Assembly (NCBI GenBank): GCA_963729045.1
Contig: CAVSMN010000010.1
Coordinates: 106,559-170,558, forward strand
DNA length: 64,000 nucleotides
Source: an uncultured Nitrososphaeraceae archaeon
GTDB taxonomy: Archaea > Thermoproteota > Nitrososphaeria > Nitrososphaerales > Nitrososphaeraceae
Reading direction: 5' to 3'
A program made the position numbers and the translations under genes. The notes under the pieces were generated by a model. The model was not told the DNA's origin, did not search any database, and worked only from the letters and a program-made list of their open reading frames with translations. How positions within the stretch are numbered: position 1 is the first letter of the stretch; every line of letters starts with the position of its first letter. Of the stretch, positions 22,559 through 33,399 are shown one piece after another.

Positions 22559-22969
22559 ATGCAAGTCACTCATGAACTAACAGATTCGGCCCTTGGACTA
22601 TTAAGAGGGAAGAATATTGCTTTTGTAGCATCTTTAATGAAGGACGGTGGACCACAAATCACCCCTGTCTGGATTGATTACGATGGAGAATTCATATTAA
22701 TTAATACCGCAGAAGGGAGAGTAAAACAGAAAAATTTTCAACGAGACCCAAGAGTAGCCATCTCTATAATCGATCCGACCAACCCGTACAATACAGTTAG
22801 TATTAGAGGAAATGTAAAAGAACAAAACTCAGATGGTGCAGATGATCATATCGATAGACTTGCAAAAAAATATCTAGGAGTAGATAAATACCCGTTTAGA
22901 TCTCCGGAAGAAAAACGAATTATTCTAAGAATAAAACCTGAAAAAGTGTTTCATATTTCGAATGAATAA
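22559..22969 (+). CDS. PPOX-class F420-dependent oxidoreductase
   Basis: DGGPQITPVW, NTAEGRVKQKNFQRDPRVA, IDRLAKKYLG. Confidence 0.9.
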   Translation: MQVTHELTDSALGLLRGKNIAFVASLMKDGGPQITPVWIDYDGEFILINTAEGRVKQKNFQRDPRVAISIIDPTNPYNTVSIRGNVKEQNSDGADDHIDRLAKKYLGVDKYPFRSPEEKRIILRIKPEKVFHISNE

Positions 22970-23126
22970 AATATATCGTGATACTCTTACATCAGAGATT
23001 TATTTACACTGCATTACTGGGTAAAAATATTCGAGTAATCATTTCAGTCCATCGCCCTTGATAATGGATGAACATTATATCAAATTCAATTAGTCATGTA
23101 CACGGAATATTTTGTTGTCAAAATTA

Positions 23127-23153
23127 AAAAGTGCTTAATGCAGGATTCGAACC
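23127..23153 (-). repeat. tRNA-3'-derived repeat, degenerate
   Basis: aaaagtgcttaatgcaggattcgaacc. Confidence 0.65.
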
Positions 23154-23205
23154 AGACTCCTAATATAGATTAGCCGGGCTTTTTATCATACCAAACGAAA
23201 TAGAC

Positions 23206-23661
23206 ATGGGACTCCCCTTAGGGAACAATTCCTTTTATTTCATGTTTGAACATAAGATGATAATCATGGAATCATCGAAAAACAATAAAGATACTAAAAA
23301 TTATGTGGAATTTGTCTTTTATCGAGTCCTCAAGAAAAATCATGAGTCATTATTACAAGTTACAAATCGATTGATCGAGTTGCTTAAAAAAGAGGAGGTG
23401 ACATATGACTGCTTTGGTTTAATTAGTGCTGAAAAAATAGCCGGATTCACTAGCATAACCAAAATCATACCTATCAACCCCGAAGAAGAAGATATATGGA
23501 TAAATATAGTAACATACAAAGACCGGCAACACCGTTCTGAAGTTGTAGAGAAAATATCAAATGATAAAGAATGTCGAGATATTTACGAAGAGTTTATGAA
23601 GTTAATTACTCCAAATACGGAATTTATCAACGGTGAATTTAGAAATTTATTGAGCAGTTAA
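23206..23661 (+). CDS. DUF1428-like dimeric alpha/beta barrel protein
   Basis: YRVLKKNHE...YKDRQHRSEV...GEF pattern; true start probably ~23266. Confidence 0.65.
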   Translation: MGLPLGNNSFYFMFEHKMIIMESSKNNKDTKNYVEFVFYRVLKKNHESLLQVTNRLIELLKKEEVTYDCFGLISAEKIAGFTSITKIIPINPEEEDIWINIVTYKDRQHRSEVVEKISNDKECRDIYEEFMKLITPNTEFINGEFRNLLSS

Positions 23662-23718
23662 TGACTAGGTGTAAGATACTCAAATCCCTACCTATAAAAT
23701 TCATAATCGTGATTAGAA

Positions 23719-23765
23719 TGATCTTTCCTCAGGATCAATGATGAATCGCTTTATTCGAACCCACT
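23719..23765 (+). repeat. family-2 ~47-bp repeat, copy 2
   Basis: tgatctttcctcaggatcaatgatgaatcgctttattcgaacccact. Confidence 0.8.
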
Positions 23766-23787
23766 TACTGGGAAAAAAGGTCAAATA

Positions 23788-23890
23788 TGTCAAAGGTTGG
23801 TATGATCATAACCATTGTTTGTCATACAACCCAGGGACCGGCGAGGTAGCCAAGGGATATAAAGTCGGTTGGTCAAAGGGCAGTTGCTAA
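23788..23890 (+). pseudogene. 3' fragment of a paralog of the Cys/Trp repeat protein at 13307-13735
   Basis: GWYDHNHCLSYNPGTGEVAKGYKVGWSKGSC*. Confidence 0.85.
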
Positions 23891-23913
23891 TAACTTATTT
23901 TTTTATTGTTGAT

Positions 23914-24183
23914 TTATAAATTAGATAGTCTTTTTATTTCTAAATTCTGTTCTATTAGTGTAGCCATTAGTGTTGAAAGTAGCAGTTCCGTATCACTTTC
24001 AGATTTTGTTTGTATGGCCTTGCGCCGCTTGTAATAAACCTTTGATACCATTTCGAATAGCAGTTCCTTATCCTTTGATGAAGAAAATCTAGCCATAAAA
24101 CCATCAAGATTCTTTTTGATTCTGTTATATGCTTCATCTTTTATCAAATGAGAATTATCAGAGGCATCAATATAACGATACAT
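23914..24183 (-). CDS. hypothetical protein
   Basis: 89-aa ATG-initiated ORF. Confidence 0.55.
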   Translation of the reverse strand: MYRYIDASDNSHLIKDEAYNRIKKNLDGFMARFSSSKDKELLFEMVSKVYYKRRKAIQTKSESDTELLLSTLMATLIEQNLEIKRLSNL

Positions 24184-24374
24184 GAAAATTACTAAAGTTA
24201 AAAATATTTAAGTTAATATATTTACTATCTATAATATTTGAATCCTTTGAATTTCCAATTAACTTAAACAAGAAGTTTAGCACAAATTAATGGTCATCAC
24301 ATCCATTGGATGATCCAACATTTAGTGGGTCAAAGGAATCCATATAACGCAATTCATGTTATGTAATAAAATCT

Positions 24375-25151
24375 ATGACTACCGTGATATCCATAAAATC
24401 TAAAGATGGAATTGTTTTAGCAAGTGACAGCCAAGGCACATCATCAAAAGTCAAAACCACTATAAAAAAAGTTTTCAAAATAAATAGTCATGCAGGAATA
24501 GGTGCCTCTGGAGATAGTTCACAAATTGAATTATTTGTTGATGAACTCAAGCAAAACTTACAAAACGAAATTGAATTAGAATCAGGATTTAGAACCCAAA
24601 TGTATAGTATTATGGCGAATTTGCATCGAATATACAACTACAACCATTCATTTCTATGTGGATATAGTGGAGCACGATTGTTTTTTACTCCAGTCTCACT
24701 AGTAGCTGTAAAACCAAAAAACGGAGATTCTTATCTCTACCGTATGGGTTTTGGAATAACCGGGAAAAATAATGAAGTATCTCCGTATCTATACAAGGTA
24801 AATAATGATTATGTGTCAATAGGTTCTGGTTCCACTTATGCACGTTTGGTTCTTGCACAACAAGACAGACTTAATTCCACAATAAACAGGAAATTATCTG
24901 ATTTATCCACAGAAGACAATGTCGGGATAGCAGCATACATTATTAATGAAGTGAAGCAATTGGACCTAGAAACAGGGGGAAAGACACAGGTTTCAATAGT
25001 TGATCGTGAAGGCTATAGGGAACTTTCATATGATGAGCAAGCCAAATGTCATCAAATGATGACCGCTAATCTATTTTCCTCTTTGAACGAATACTTTTCA
25101 AATAAGGATAAAACAAGCAAAATTATTGAATATCTTTTTCCATACGACTGA
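24375..25151 (+). CDS. divergent proteasome beta-subunit-like Ntn hydrolase without propeptide
   Basis: MTTVISIKSKDGIVLASDSQ, KKVFKI, GASG, SIGSGS, ETGG. Confidence 0.85.
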   Translation: MTTVISIKSKDGIVLASDSQGTSSKVKTTIKKVFKINSHAGIGASGDSSQIELFVDELKQNLQNEIELESGFRTQMYSIMANLHRIYNYNHSFLCGYSGARLFFTPVSLVAVKPKNGDSYLYRMGFGITGKNNEVSPYLYKVNNDYVSIGSGSTYARLVLAQQDRLNSTINRKLSDLSTEDNVGIAAYIINEVKQLDLETGGKTQVSIVDREGYRELSYDEQAKCHQMMTANLFSSLNEYFSNKDKTSKIIEYLFPYD

Positions 25152-25753
25152 ACCATATTTGATTACCACTAATTTAAATTCCATAATGGATGAGTTAATA
25201 TTTGACGATCTTATGACAACAACCCCTCCGTCACAATGTATTTTTTGTTGTTGCCTTAATCCTCCATTATCAAGTGCATATAATGATTGCAATGCATAAT
25301 GAATGAATTTTGTATCATGTTTTGCTTGAAACCCTAAAAAGGACCAGTGAACAAAGCAAATGACAATGCGAGATCAAGACAAGTCATTTCAAAATAAAAG
25401 TAACCTCTATTCCGTTTATCTTTGTTTTTCTTGTCCAAAACAAAAATGGAATAGATATTAGCGCCGCCCTTAGGGCTTTGTACAACGACGATTATCAAAA
25501 AGATACTACAAGTCGACCGCTCCATCACCACGCAGTCAAACTCGATACAATGGATTCTTCTTTTATCATTACTGCACAGTTCAGGATCTCCAAAGATTCA
25601 TTCCCCGGCTTTTACAATTGATCTACTTCTTATCAGCTATTAGCGTAAATGTATGATTTTGGTTGGTATTTACAATATATAACAATATTTATAAATATGG
25701 GTACCAATTATAATATATGGTTAAAAGCAATAAGACTTTACTAAATATTAAAA

Positions 25754-26188
25754 GTGTTAAGGCTATACCAAGAATTGTATAAGATTAATATACCTTTAAT
25801 AGTTGTTGTCTTGTTTGCCATAGCTTTTTCAATAGTTAATGGCATACTCTTTTTACCCATCTATTGTCATCCGAATCCTTTATCCTATGAACCACAACCC
25901 AATCAGATAATTGATTTGATACAAACGCTGCCCGACAAAGTAGCTATCACTTTTACAGAGAGACCAGAATTAAAAGCTAGCAGCATACGTGTTATGAATT
26001 TAAATAACGAGAGGATAGACAACCATGATCTCAAATTAGCAGGGTCTGATAAATCACTTTCTGTCTCTTTAGATAAATCGAAACTAATATCTGGTGATTA
26101 TACCATAAAATGGTTAGTCTTATCTAAAGATGATGGTTTTATTACTAAAGGATCATACATTTTTTCAATTGGTAGAACGAAAAGTTAG
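25754..26188 (+). CDS. copC: CopC-family copper-binding protein
   Basis: Signal peptide, HPNPLSYEP, FTERPE, GDYTIKWLVLSKDDGF. Confidence 0.8.
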   Translation: MLRLYQELYKINIPLIVVVLFAIAFSIVNGILFLPIYCHPNPLSYEPQPNQIIDLIQTLPDKVAITFTERPELKASSIRVMNLNNERIDNHDLKLAGSDKSLSVSLDKSKLISGDYTIKWLVLSKDDGFITKGSYIFSIGRTKS

Positions 26189-26385
26189 GATCAAAAATGA
26201 GAGTAACGTCTGTCATAATGATGGAGTTTGTATGAATCTTTATTGAATCCAATACTAGAAATTATTAATTAATAGTATATTGTTACTTATGGTAAAGTAA
26301 TTTAATAGAAACAAGTATCAAGAAAAGTTACCTCGAAGACACTTGTTTCTATTTGAACTTGCTTATTCAGTATATGTTGAATGAT

Positions 26386-26964
26386 TTAATTTTCACTAAT
26401 TCGAACTGTTTTCAGAGCTTTTCCCCAAACAATAACTTCATCTAACATGGCATTGACCGATTTTTCATGTACTGAATGAGGTTTAAACCTTGTAAAGTTT
26501 TCAAAATCAGTATACAGAGAAAGTTGTACTTGAGCTCGAACAGTAGCAACCTTAACCTCTGCCATAACCAAACGCAATTGCTCAACTGCTCTTACACCTC
26601 CTGCACTTCCATAACTAACAAACCCTGCTACCTTGTTGTTCCATTCTTTGAAGAGAAAATCAATAGCGTTTTTTAAAGCGCCAGGAATTCCATGATTATA
26701 TTCAGCAGTCACAAACACAAATGCATCAAATGAGTTGATTTTCGCAGCCCATCGTTTTGTGTGATCCTTTGTATATTGACCTATCAAAGGCGGAATTGGT
26801 TCATCCAATAGCGGTAGATTGTAATCTACTATATCAATTAGTTCAAAATCGGCATCTTCTCGGTTCTTTGCGAGGTCATATATCCATTGACTTACTGCTT
26901 CACCATTTCGACCAGGTCTAGTGCTGCCAAGTATGATTGCGATCTTAAGCATTTGATTGATCAT
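26386..26964 (-). CDS. NADPH-dependent FMN reductase
   Basis: ILGSTRPGR, TAEYNHGIPGALKNAID, GGVRAVEQLR. Confidence 0.92.
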   Translation of the reverse strand: MINQMLKIAIILGSTRPGRNGEAVSQWIYDLAKNREDADFELIDIVDYNLPLLDEPIPPLIGQYTKDHTKRWAAKINSFDAFVFVTAEYNHGIPGALKNAIDFLFKEWNNKVAGFVSYGSAGGVRAVEQLRLVMAEVKVATVRAQVQLSLYTDFENFTRFKPHSVHEKSVNAMLDEVIVWGKALKTVRISEN

Positions 26965-27373
26965 GAAATAATTAGATCAATAAAGTTCTTATATATCGAA
27001 GTATTTTGCGGTATCCTAGTAGAATTATTATATAATTATTGAACATATTTTAAGTCGAGCTAGGTTTTTTAATACTGTTAGATTGTTTTCAGAGGCAATT
27101 GATCGCTGTTTTTTCAATTATGGTTGTTCAAAATTGAATCGTAACCATAGCGAAACATGATGGTCAAGGATTCAATATCGCTTTATGGTTCTTCCCTGTA
27201 ATTTTTCCTCATTTTCCAGCTACGAAAAGATTATGTTTATAATATATTGTAACATCGCGGTCAATATGGATTCTTATCTTGTTTCATAAAATTCTCAACG
27301 CTACACCATTTCTGTCCATCTACATATCTAGATGGAATATACTTCATTCAAAACATCAGGTTACATTGTTTGC

Positions 27374-28285
27374 CTAAAATAAACTAATATTATCCATTAC
27401 AAATTCTTCAAATCTATGGGGTTTTCTTCCTATAATGCCTTCCACCGTGTCTGTAGTTCTGGAAGTCTTTCCTGACCTAGTAATGTTATGTAACTCAATT
27501 ATTGCGTCGACTAACCACTTCTTCATACCTAGCTTTTCCATATTAACCCGAGCCTCATTTTCTGGAATATCTATGTATGATATTTTCCGGCCAACAATAT
27601 TTGAAATAATTTCTGCAGCCTGACCGTAGGATAATGCTTCTGGACCAGTAAGATTAAACGATTGGTTTTCATATTGTTCACGTTCTGCGCTGTGGGATAG
27701 CATCATTGTAGCTGCTACTGTTGCAATATCTCTGGAGTCCACAAAACTCACTCTACCATCCCCCGCAGGAGCATAAAATACATTTTGTGTTCTTATAGTG
27801 TATCTGTAAAACGTTACAAAGTTTTGCATAAATCCAGTAGGACATAAGAAAGTATGCGGAATTCCAAATTCCTCAATTATTTTCTCTTCCTGCTTGTGTA
27901 ACCGTCCGAGTATTGTCTTGGGTTCTGAATCCATAGTTTCCTGAACTGATAGTTTTACTATATACGATACTCCGTTATCCTTTGCTAGATTAATCACACC
28001 TGTGAAGTTATCCATAGAATCAGGATTTGGGATAGTTAGCAAAAAGAGGTTGTCGACATTTCTAAATGCCTTAGCGACCGTGTCAGGCTTATCATAATCT
28101 AAGTCGACTATTTTCAGCCCCGAATAATTGCTCAATTTTTCTGCACCGTCTTTTGAGTGAACTCCGGCTATGATGTTATGATTTGTTAAAGGGGTTGAAG
28201 CAAGGAGTTGTTTTACCAGTTCATGGCCAACAGTTCCGCTTGCACCAGTTACTAATAAATTCGGCGTTATGTCTGAATTATCCAT
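27374..28285 (-). CDS. NmrA-like atypical SDR oxidoreductase
   Basis: LVTGASGTVG, FMQN, VDSRDIA, LTGPEALS. Confidence 0.9.
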   Translation of the reverse strand: MDNSDITPNLLVTGASGTVGHELVKQLLASTPLTNHNIIAGVHSKDGAEKLSNYSGLKIVDLDYDKPDTVAKAFRNVDNLFLLTIPNPDSMDNFTGVINLAKDNGVSYIVKLSVQETMDSEPKTILGRLHKQEEKIIEEFGIPHTFLCPTGFMQNFVTFYRYTIRTQNVFYAPAGDGRVSFVDSRDIATVAATMMLSHSAEREQYENQSFNLTGPEALSYGQAAEIISNIVGRKISYIDIPENEARVNMEKLGMKKWLVDAIIELHNITRSGKTSRTTDTVEGIIGRKPHRFEEFVMDNISLF

Positions 28286-28439
28286 TTATTTGTATAAAGT
28301 CAAACCGTAGATTATAAGATAGATAGTTTACAAATTATATAAAATATTTCTAATTTCTTAACTCTGGCAATTCGTTCAACACCGATCTTATCTTTTTAGT
28401 AATAATTCGTATCTATTAGAATTATAAGGACTTGTATAC

Positions 28440-28763
28440 CTATTCTTTTGAATCTGTAAAAACTACATCGTACAAATTACCATCTGCTTTTGCCATAGAC
28501 AATACTTTATTCATGTGGATTATTGCCTCCGGATTATCAAGTCTCTTATCGAATGCTTCTTTACCTTTGTACTGTACGTAATTTACTACCTTCTTTCGAT
28601 CCTTACTCTTATGAATACTTGCTGAAATGAATCCATCTTGTAAACGCCATACTTGTCTTGTGGTTTCGATAAGAGCATCTACTAGTTGTTGTTGCCTCGA
28701 AGGATCGACGGTAAATACATTAATCAAAGTAATAATGTCCTTATCTACCTTTATCGTTGTCAT
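28440..28763 (-). CDS. antibiotic biosynthesis monooxygenase (ABM) family protein
   Basis: TLINVFTVDP..QQQLV, GFISASIHKS, VVNYVQY. Confidence 0.85.
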   Translation of the reverse strand: MTTIKVDKDIITLINVFTVDPSRQQQLVDALIETTRQVWRLQDGFISASIHKSKDRKKVVNYVQYKGKEAFDKRLDNPEAIIHMNKVLSMAKADGNLYDVVFTDSKE

Positions 28764-29040
28764 ACTTTTTAATATTGTTAATTATAGCCAATAGAATAAA
28801 AATATAGTTGTCAGGAGAGGTTATTGTAGACATAAATCATTACCAAAATCAAGGGCTATCAAAGGATTATCAGACCATATCTTTTATCTTAAAAGGGTAT
28901 ACTTGTTAAATGTTCATATGTAGAAACACCTTCGATGTCAATGTTAGGTCAAACTCGATTTATCATAAACATATATCGGCCTTGCTTAAAGCGTATATAT
29001 CAAACCTACTAATCGCGGTATAAAGTTAAGTCTTCATAGA

Positions 29041-29067
29041 AAAGTGCAAAGTGCGGGATTGAACCCG
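29041..29067 (-). repeat. tRNA-3'-derived repeat
   Basis: aaagtgcaaagtgcgggattgaacccg. Confidence 0.9.
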
Positions 29068-29075
29068 TCATTTTG

Positions 29076-29861
29076 TCATTTCTTATTTTTATGAATTTCA
29101 TTCACGACATATTGTATATAATCGACTATTTCAATTTCAGTCATTGACGGTTCAACTCCTGATGCTTCTTCTATTTCATTCTCAAGATTCTTAGCAACAG
29201 TCAATACTCTAGATTCTAATTCTTTATTTCTATGAGCAGTGCCAATACTACCAAGGAAATTGGCTTGTTCAGTTACAGAGTTCTTGATAGATCTAAGAAG
29301 TACAAGATCTTGAGAAACAATTTGAGCTGCCGAACAAAGTCCTGAATATATAAGGTAGCAAGATAGGCCAATAAGCGAAACTGAAATTAAGCCAAATGGT
29401 GGGTATGCGGCTTGTGCAGCAGTCGCAGACGCTGTAATATAGAAAAGAAGAAATCCATATGCAGTCAAGATTAACTGAGTTCTGATAACAGAATTTGTCT
29501 TTAAAGTTCTTGCTACATACAAAAAAGAAATACCAAAGATAATACCTGAAATGATTCCTCCAAAAGAAAATATCAGGATATTTAGTAACGCATTTTCATC
29601 ATTGACTGTAGATTTTTGAACATCAACTTTGGTCTTTTGAGAAATTTCATCAGGATGTGTAAGTGTCAGATTCATTACTATCGGGTTAGAACAATATTGA
29701 ACAAAATCACAAACCAAAATCTCATAATTTGTTTTTGAATTATTCTGAGCAAACACATTGGTCATGTGAGAAAATGGAATTAGCAAGATGGTCAAAATAA
29801 GAAACGTTAACAAATAACAAGATACTGAAGATATCCAGAACGACCCCTTTGTTCTTTTCAC
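29076..29861 (-). CDS. hypothetical membrane protein, possibly chimeric
   Basis: Signal peptide, short soluble segment, three TM helices; stop lies ~9 bp from a repeat. Confidence 0.65.
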   Translation of the reverse strand: MKRTKGSFWISSVSCYLLTFLILTILLIPFSHMTNVFAQNNSKTNYEILVCDFVQYCSNPIVMNLTLTHPDEISQKTKVDVQKSTVNDENALLNILIFSFGGIISGIIFGISFLYVARTLKTNSVIRTQLILTAYGFLLFYITASATAAQAAYPPFGLISVSLIGLSCYLIYSGLCSAAQIVSQDLVLLRSIKNSVTEQANFLGSIGTAHRNKELESRVLTVAKNLENEIEEASGVEPSMTEIEIVDYIQYVVNEIHKNKK

Positions 29862-30173
29862 AATTCTCTAATTTGAATTAGTCATATAACAATCACCATT
29901 AATTTTACTTCTAGATATTAGTGTGTCAACATTCTCGACTATTGTCATAGGAAAATAATAAGCAATTAAATAACAAAACACTCTAAATTGACTATATTTC
30001 AATCTTACTTATCTACTCAAGCATAAAAAATTATCCTTATAAAACACCTGTGAAATTGAAAATGCAGAATTAGTGTCAGAAGTTTGATAGGCAGTTAGAA
30101 ATGTCTTCAATCTGATGAAAAACAAATTAAATTGTTTTAATCCTAAGGTATAAGAACATCCTACACACTACAA

Positions 30174-30719
30174 TTACAAAATAATGTTCTGATCTTTTAG
30201 ATATTCTTCATATTTCTTTAATATTTCTTGTTGTCTATCTTTATGGGGAACCCTTTTGCGTAATTCTAAAACTTTTTTTAAAGCTGCTTCCATAGGTATT
30301 TTTTCGGTTTTCATCAAATAAGCAGTAACTAAGACTCCGGTCCTTCCGTGACCTGCATTACAGTGAATTAGAACCGGTTTACCCTGCTCAATATGTTGAT
30401 CCATATAGTCAATTGTTTTGATCAAGACATCAAGGTCTGGAGCATCATGATCATCAACCTTAATGTGCAGATAGTCTATGACTATATTTTTGCCTTCGCT
30501 TTTTTCCTTTTTTGAACTTTCAAAATATTTTCTAGGCAAAGGAATTTCTCTGATCGTTACAATACTTCTGATTCCTTGTTTCACAACCCACTCGAATTCA
30601 TTGTGAGTTTTAACTAGACCAGAACCGGCAAGTCGACTAGGAATGACCCATGAGAAATTTGATGGCTTCCGAAATAGTCTGCCATATATCCATCTATAAA
30701 AATCACCAAGTATAGCCAT
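30174..30719 (-). CDS. dual-specificity protein phosphatase
   Basis: NFSWVI, HCNAGHGRTG (CX5R). Confidence 0.92.
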   Translation of the reverse strand: MAILGDFYRWIYGRLFRKPSNFSWVIPSRLAGSGLVKTHNEFEWVVKQGIRSIVTIREIPLPRKYFESSKKEKSEGKNIVIDYLHIKVDDHDAPDLDVLIKTIDYMDQHIEQGKPVLIHCNAGHGRTGVLVTAYLMKTEKIPMEAALKKVLELRKRVPHKDRQQEILKKYEEYLKDQNIIL

Positions 30720-31275
30720 ACTTAGAATATTGTTAATTATAGCTTATATCCATCATATATTTATTAAAATTGATTTCAAGGTACAAGATAGAACCCAATA
30801 GTCACAGCGAAGAAAATCATGCTAGCATTCTCCATGAACCTTTTTCCTTTCCAATTCGTATTGCAAAAAAACAACAAGAGAAATACGAGGAAAAATAATT
30901 ACTAATCCAAATAAAGACCAGTGGGAATTTCATTCCTATCTTAATTGAGGCAAGAACAATTATTGGCAAATACAAACAGTCCCGATTAAGAGGATATGCC
31001 AGCAACTATTCCCAAGTGTTTAGTAATATCTTAATCCACAGTAGACAAATTATATGATTAGTGATTTGTTATCATCTATTTGTGATTGTATTTAGGTTCA
31101 TGAAACTTTAAGAGGGAAATTCTTACAATCAATTGAAAGTTCCTCTTCCAGATATTGTTTGAATTATGCTAAAGTCCACAATTCTTACACTTTTGTTAAG
31201 TCAACAAGGTCTTAGTGAGGCATGACCATCTAATGTGATGGTAGGATTCATATTGGCTTTTTCGGTTCATCACGG

Positions 31276-32340
31276 CTATTCTTTAATATTTATACATAAT
31301 GGAAAAACTTTGAAATACGATGGTAAAATGCCGATTGGTTCCCCGTCCACCGATACCGTAATGTTATTTTCAAGGTCTGATAATAATGCTACAGCTTGTG
31401 ATTGACCATAATAAATTCCATCTTGGTTATCAATAGACTCCTCCCCCCTTTTTATATCCACAAGTTTATCAAGTATTTTGAAACTACTTGAATCTTTTAC
31501 TATTATAGTATCAAGTAATCCGTCGTTCATTTCGGCTCTTGTTGCCGCATTAAAACCTCCTCCCATAATACTGCCGTTTGATACCATCGCCATCGTCATC
31601 TTGGTCAAAAGCTTTTTTACGTTTATATTATCAGTATCGCCTAAAAATTCAATCAATTCACAAACATTGCTCTGATATGTTGGTATTGTTGCAAGTATTC
31701 CTGTAATGGTTGATAGCAGACGACTGCTGATTCTGTCTCTTACCATTTTAGACCTGTTTATTACTTCTGCCCCAATTCCTATTTCGGCAGCATTTAAAAT
31801 AACCCTACTGACATAATCTTCTTTTACTTCTTGGTCATTTATCTTATTGTGCACAATTGCTGTGATAACATCTATTTTCTTGAAGTTATCTGTTGAAGTT
31901 ACTACCTTGCAGCATTCTTCAATTTCTGATGGCAACCCCAATGACTTTACTAGAACATTTCTAGTTCCACCTGGTAGAACTGTTAGTATTGCTTCGGGAT
32001 TAATGACATCCATATGAACAAATTTTGATAAATTTTTATCATCCTTCATGTTTTCTAAATTAAAGTCTTTATCTATTTCAATTTTAAAAAATCCATTAGC
32101 AACTTCATTTATCATTCCGTCACCTCCTATTGGAATTATATTGTTATAGCCTTTTTCGAGATATTCTAGTGTTAGAATGGTGCCATCATTGGCTTTCTTT
32201 GTAAATATGTATTCGATGTCTTCTCCAAAATATTTTTTTAAAATAACATACAAGGAATCCCAATTTTTTCCTGTTTGACCTCCACTTGAATTTGGATTTA
32301 CTATTACTATGGACTTTTTGGTCATTGTTATAATCTTCAA
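31276..32340 (-). CDS. diacylglycerol/lipid kinase family protein
   Basis: IVNPNSSGG, GGDGMINEVANG, LPGGTRN, VDGE. Confidence 0.9.
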   Translation of the reverse strand: MKIITMTKKSIVIVNPNSSGGQTGKNWDSLYVILKKYFGEDIEYIFTKKANDGTILTLEYLEKGYNNIIPIGGDGMINEVANGFFKIEIDKDFNLENMKDDKNLSKFVHMDVINPEAILTVLPGGTRNVLVKSLGLPSEIEECCKVVTSTDNFKKIDVITAIVHNKINDQEVKEDYVSRVILNAAEIGIGAEVINRSKMVRDRISSRLLSTITGILATIPTYQSNVCELIEFLGDTDNINVKKLLTKMTMAMVSNGSIMGGGFNAATRAEMNDGLLDTIIVKDSSSFKILDKLVDIKRGEESIDNQDGIYYGQSQAVALLSDLENNITVSVDGEPIGILPSYFKVFPLCINIKE

Positions 32341-32415
32341 AGTATATATTCATATTGATTAATGTGTCGGTGTGCCTACCTACAATTGTTGTGAATATTT
32401 ATGTTTTACTTTTTA

Positions 32416-33399
32416 TTACTTTGATTTGATTTCCTTATCGTAGGAAAATATCCATTTTTTCTTCCAAAATACAAATAACGATACTATAGTTATGACTAAC
32501 ATCACTAATACCAAAAAGCCTAGATACCTTGGTATTGTGTCTAGGTTGTTTAAATCAAATCCCTGCAAGCCTAATACACCTATCAAAAGTGTGAGAGGTA
32601 ATACGATAGCAGAGAAAATCGTCAATACTCGCATTGTCTCGTTTATCTGTAAAGATATACTACTCGAAAATAGATCTCTTGTAGAATTTATTGTATCCTG
32701 ATAGGATTGGATCATTTCTATGAGCTGGTTAATATTATTGAATACAATCTGGAGATATTTTATATCATCTTTGTCTTTTTCCATAGTAACATGATAGTTT
32801 ATTATATTCCTAGCATCCCAGAAATATCGTCGAAGGGTAATGACCTGTCTTGATAACGTATCCAAATAGGTGAGCACTCGTTTGGATGGTCTATATTGTG
32901 CGTCTTTTTCAATATCAAATACTTTGAGCTCTATTGCTGTCAAAAGTTGTTCGTAATCTTCTATGATATCTGAAATTATACTATAGTAGAGTGCATCGAT
33001 TGAAGATTCCAAAATTGTTTTTCTATCTGCGAGAATTGTTTTTACTTTCGTTACCAAATCTATTTTATTTGAATGAATAGTTATCAGCCACCTATCTCCT
33101 ACAAAAAAGTATAGTGGAGAAGATTCAAGATGTTGTAGATTATTAAATTTTAGGTCTAGTAAAATGGTGAACTTACTATCATGTTCTATTTCTTTTACCA
33201 CAGGTTTTTTTGATTTTTGTCTAATTCGATCTAATGCTTTTTTGTTTAGTGAAAACTTATTTTCCAAATTTGTAATATCTTCATCTGTGGGATCTGAAAT
33301 ATCGATCCAAAGATTATGGTTTTCTTTTAGATCCCCATTTAATTCATTTTTCTCTTCTACCATTCCCTTTTGATTATAATAGAAGATAGTTTTTTGCAC
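32416..33399 (-). CDS. corA: CorA-family divalent cation transporter
   Basis: WIDISDP, NETMRVLTIFSAIVLPLT, two C-terminal TMs; GMN replaced by GLQ. Confidence 0.85.
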   Translation of the reverse strand: MQKTIFYYNQKGMVEEKNELNGDLKENHNLWIDISDPTDEDITNLENKFSLNKKALDRIRQKSKKPVVKEIEHDSKFTILLDLKFNNLQHLESSPLYFFVGDRWLITIHSNKIDLVTKVKTILADRKTILESSIDALYYSIISDIIEDYEQLLTAIELKVFDIEKDAQYRPSKRVLTYLDTLSRQVITLRRYFWDARNIINYHVTMEKDKDDIKYLQIVFNNINQLIEMIQSYQDTINSTRDLFSSSISLQINETMRVLTIFSAIVLPLTLLIGVLGLQGFDLNNLDTIPRYLGFLVLVMLVITIVSLFVFWKKKWIFSYDKEIKSK

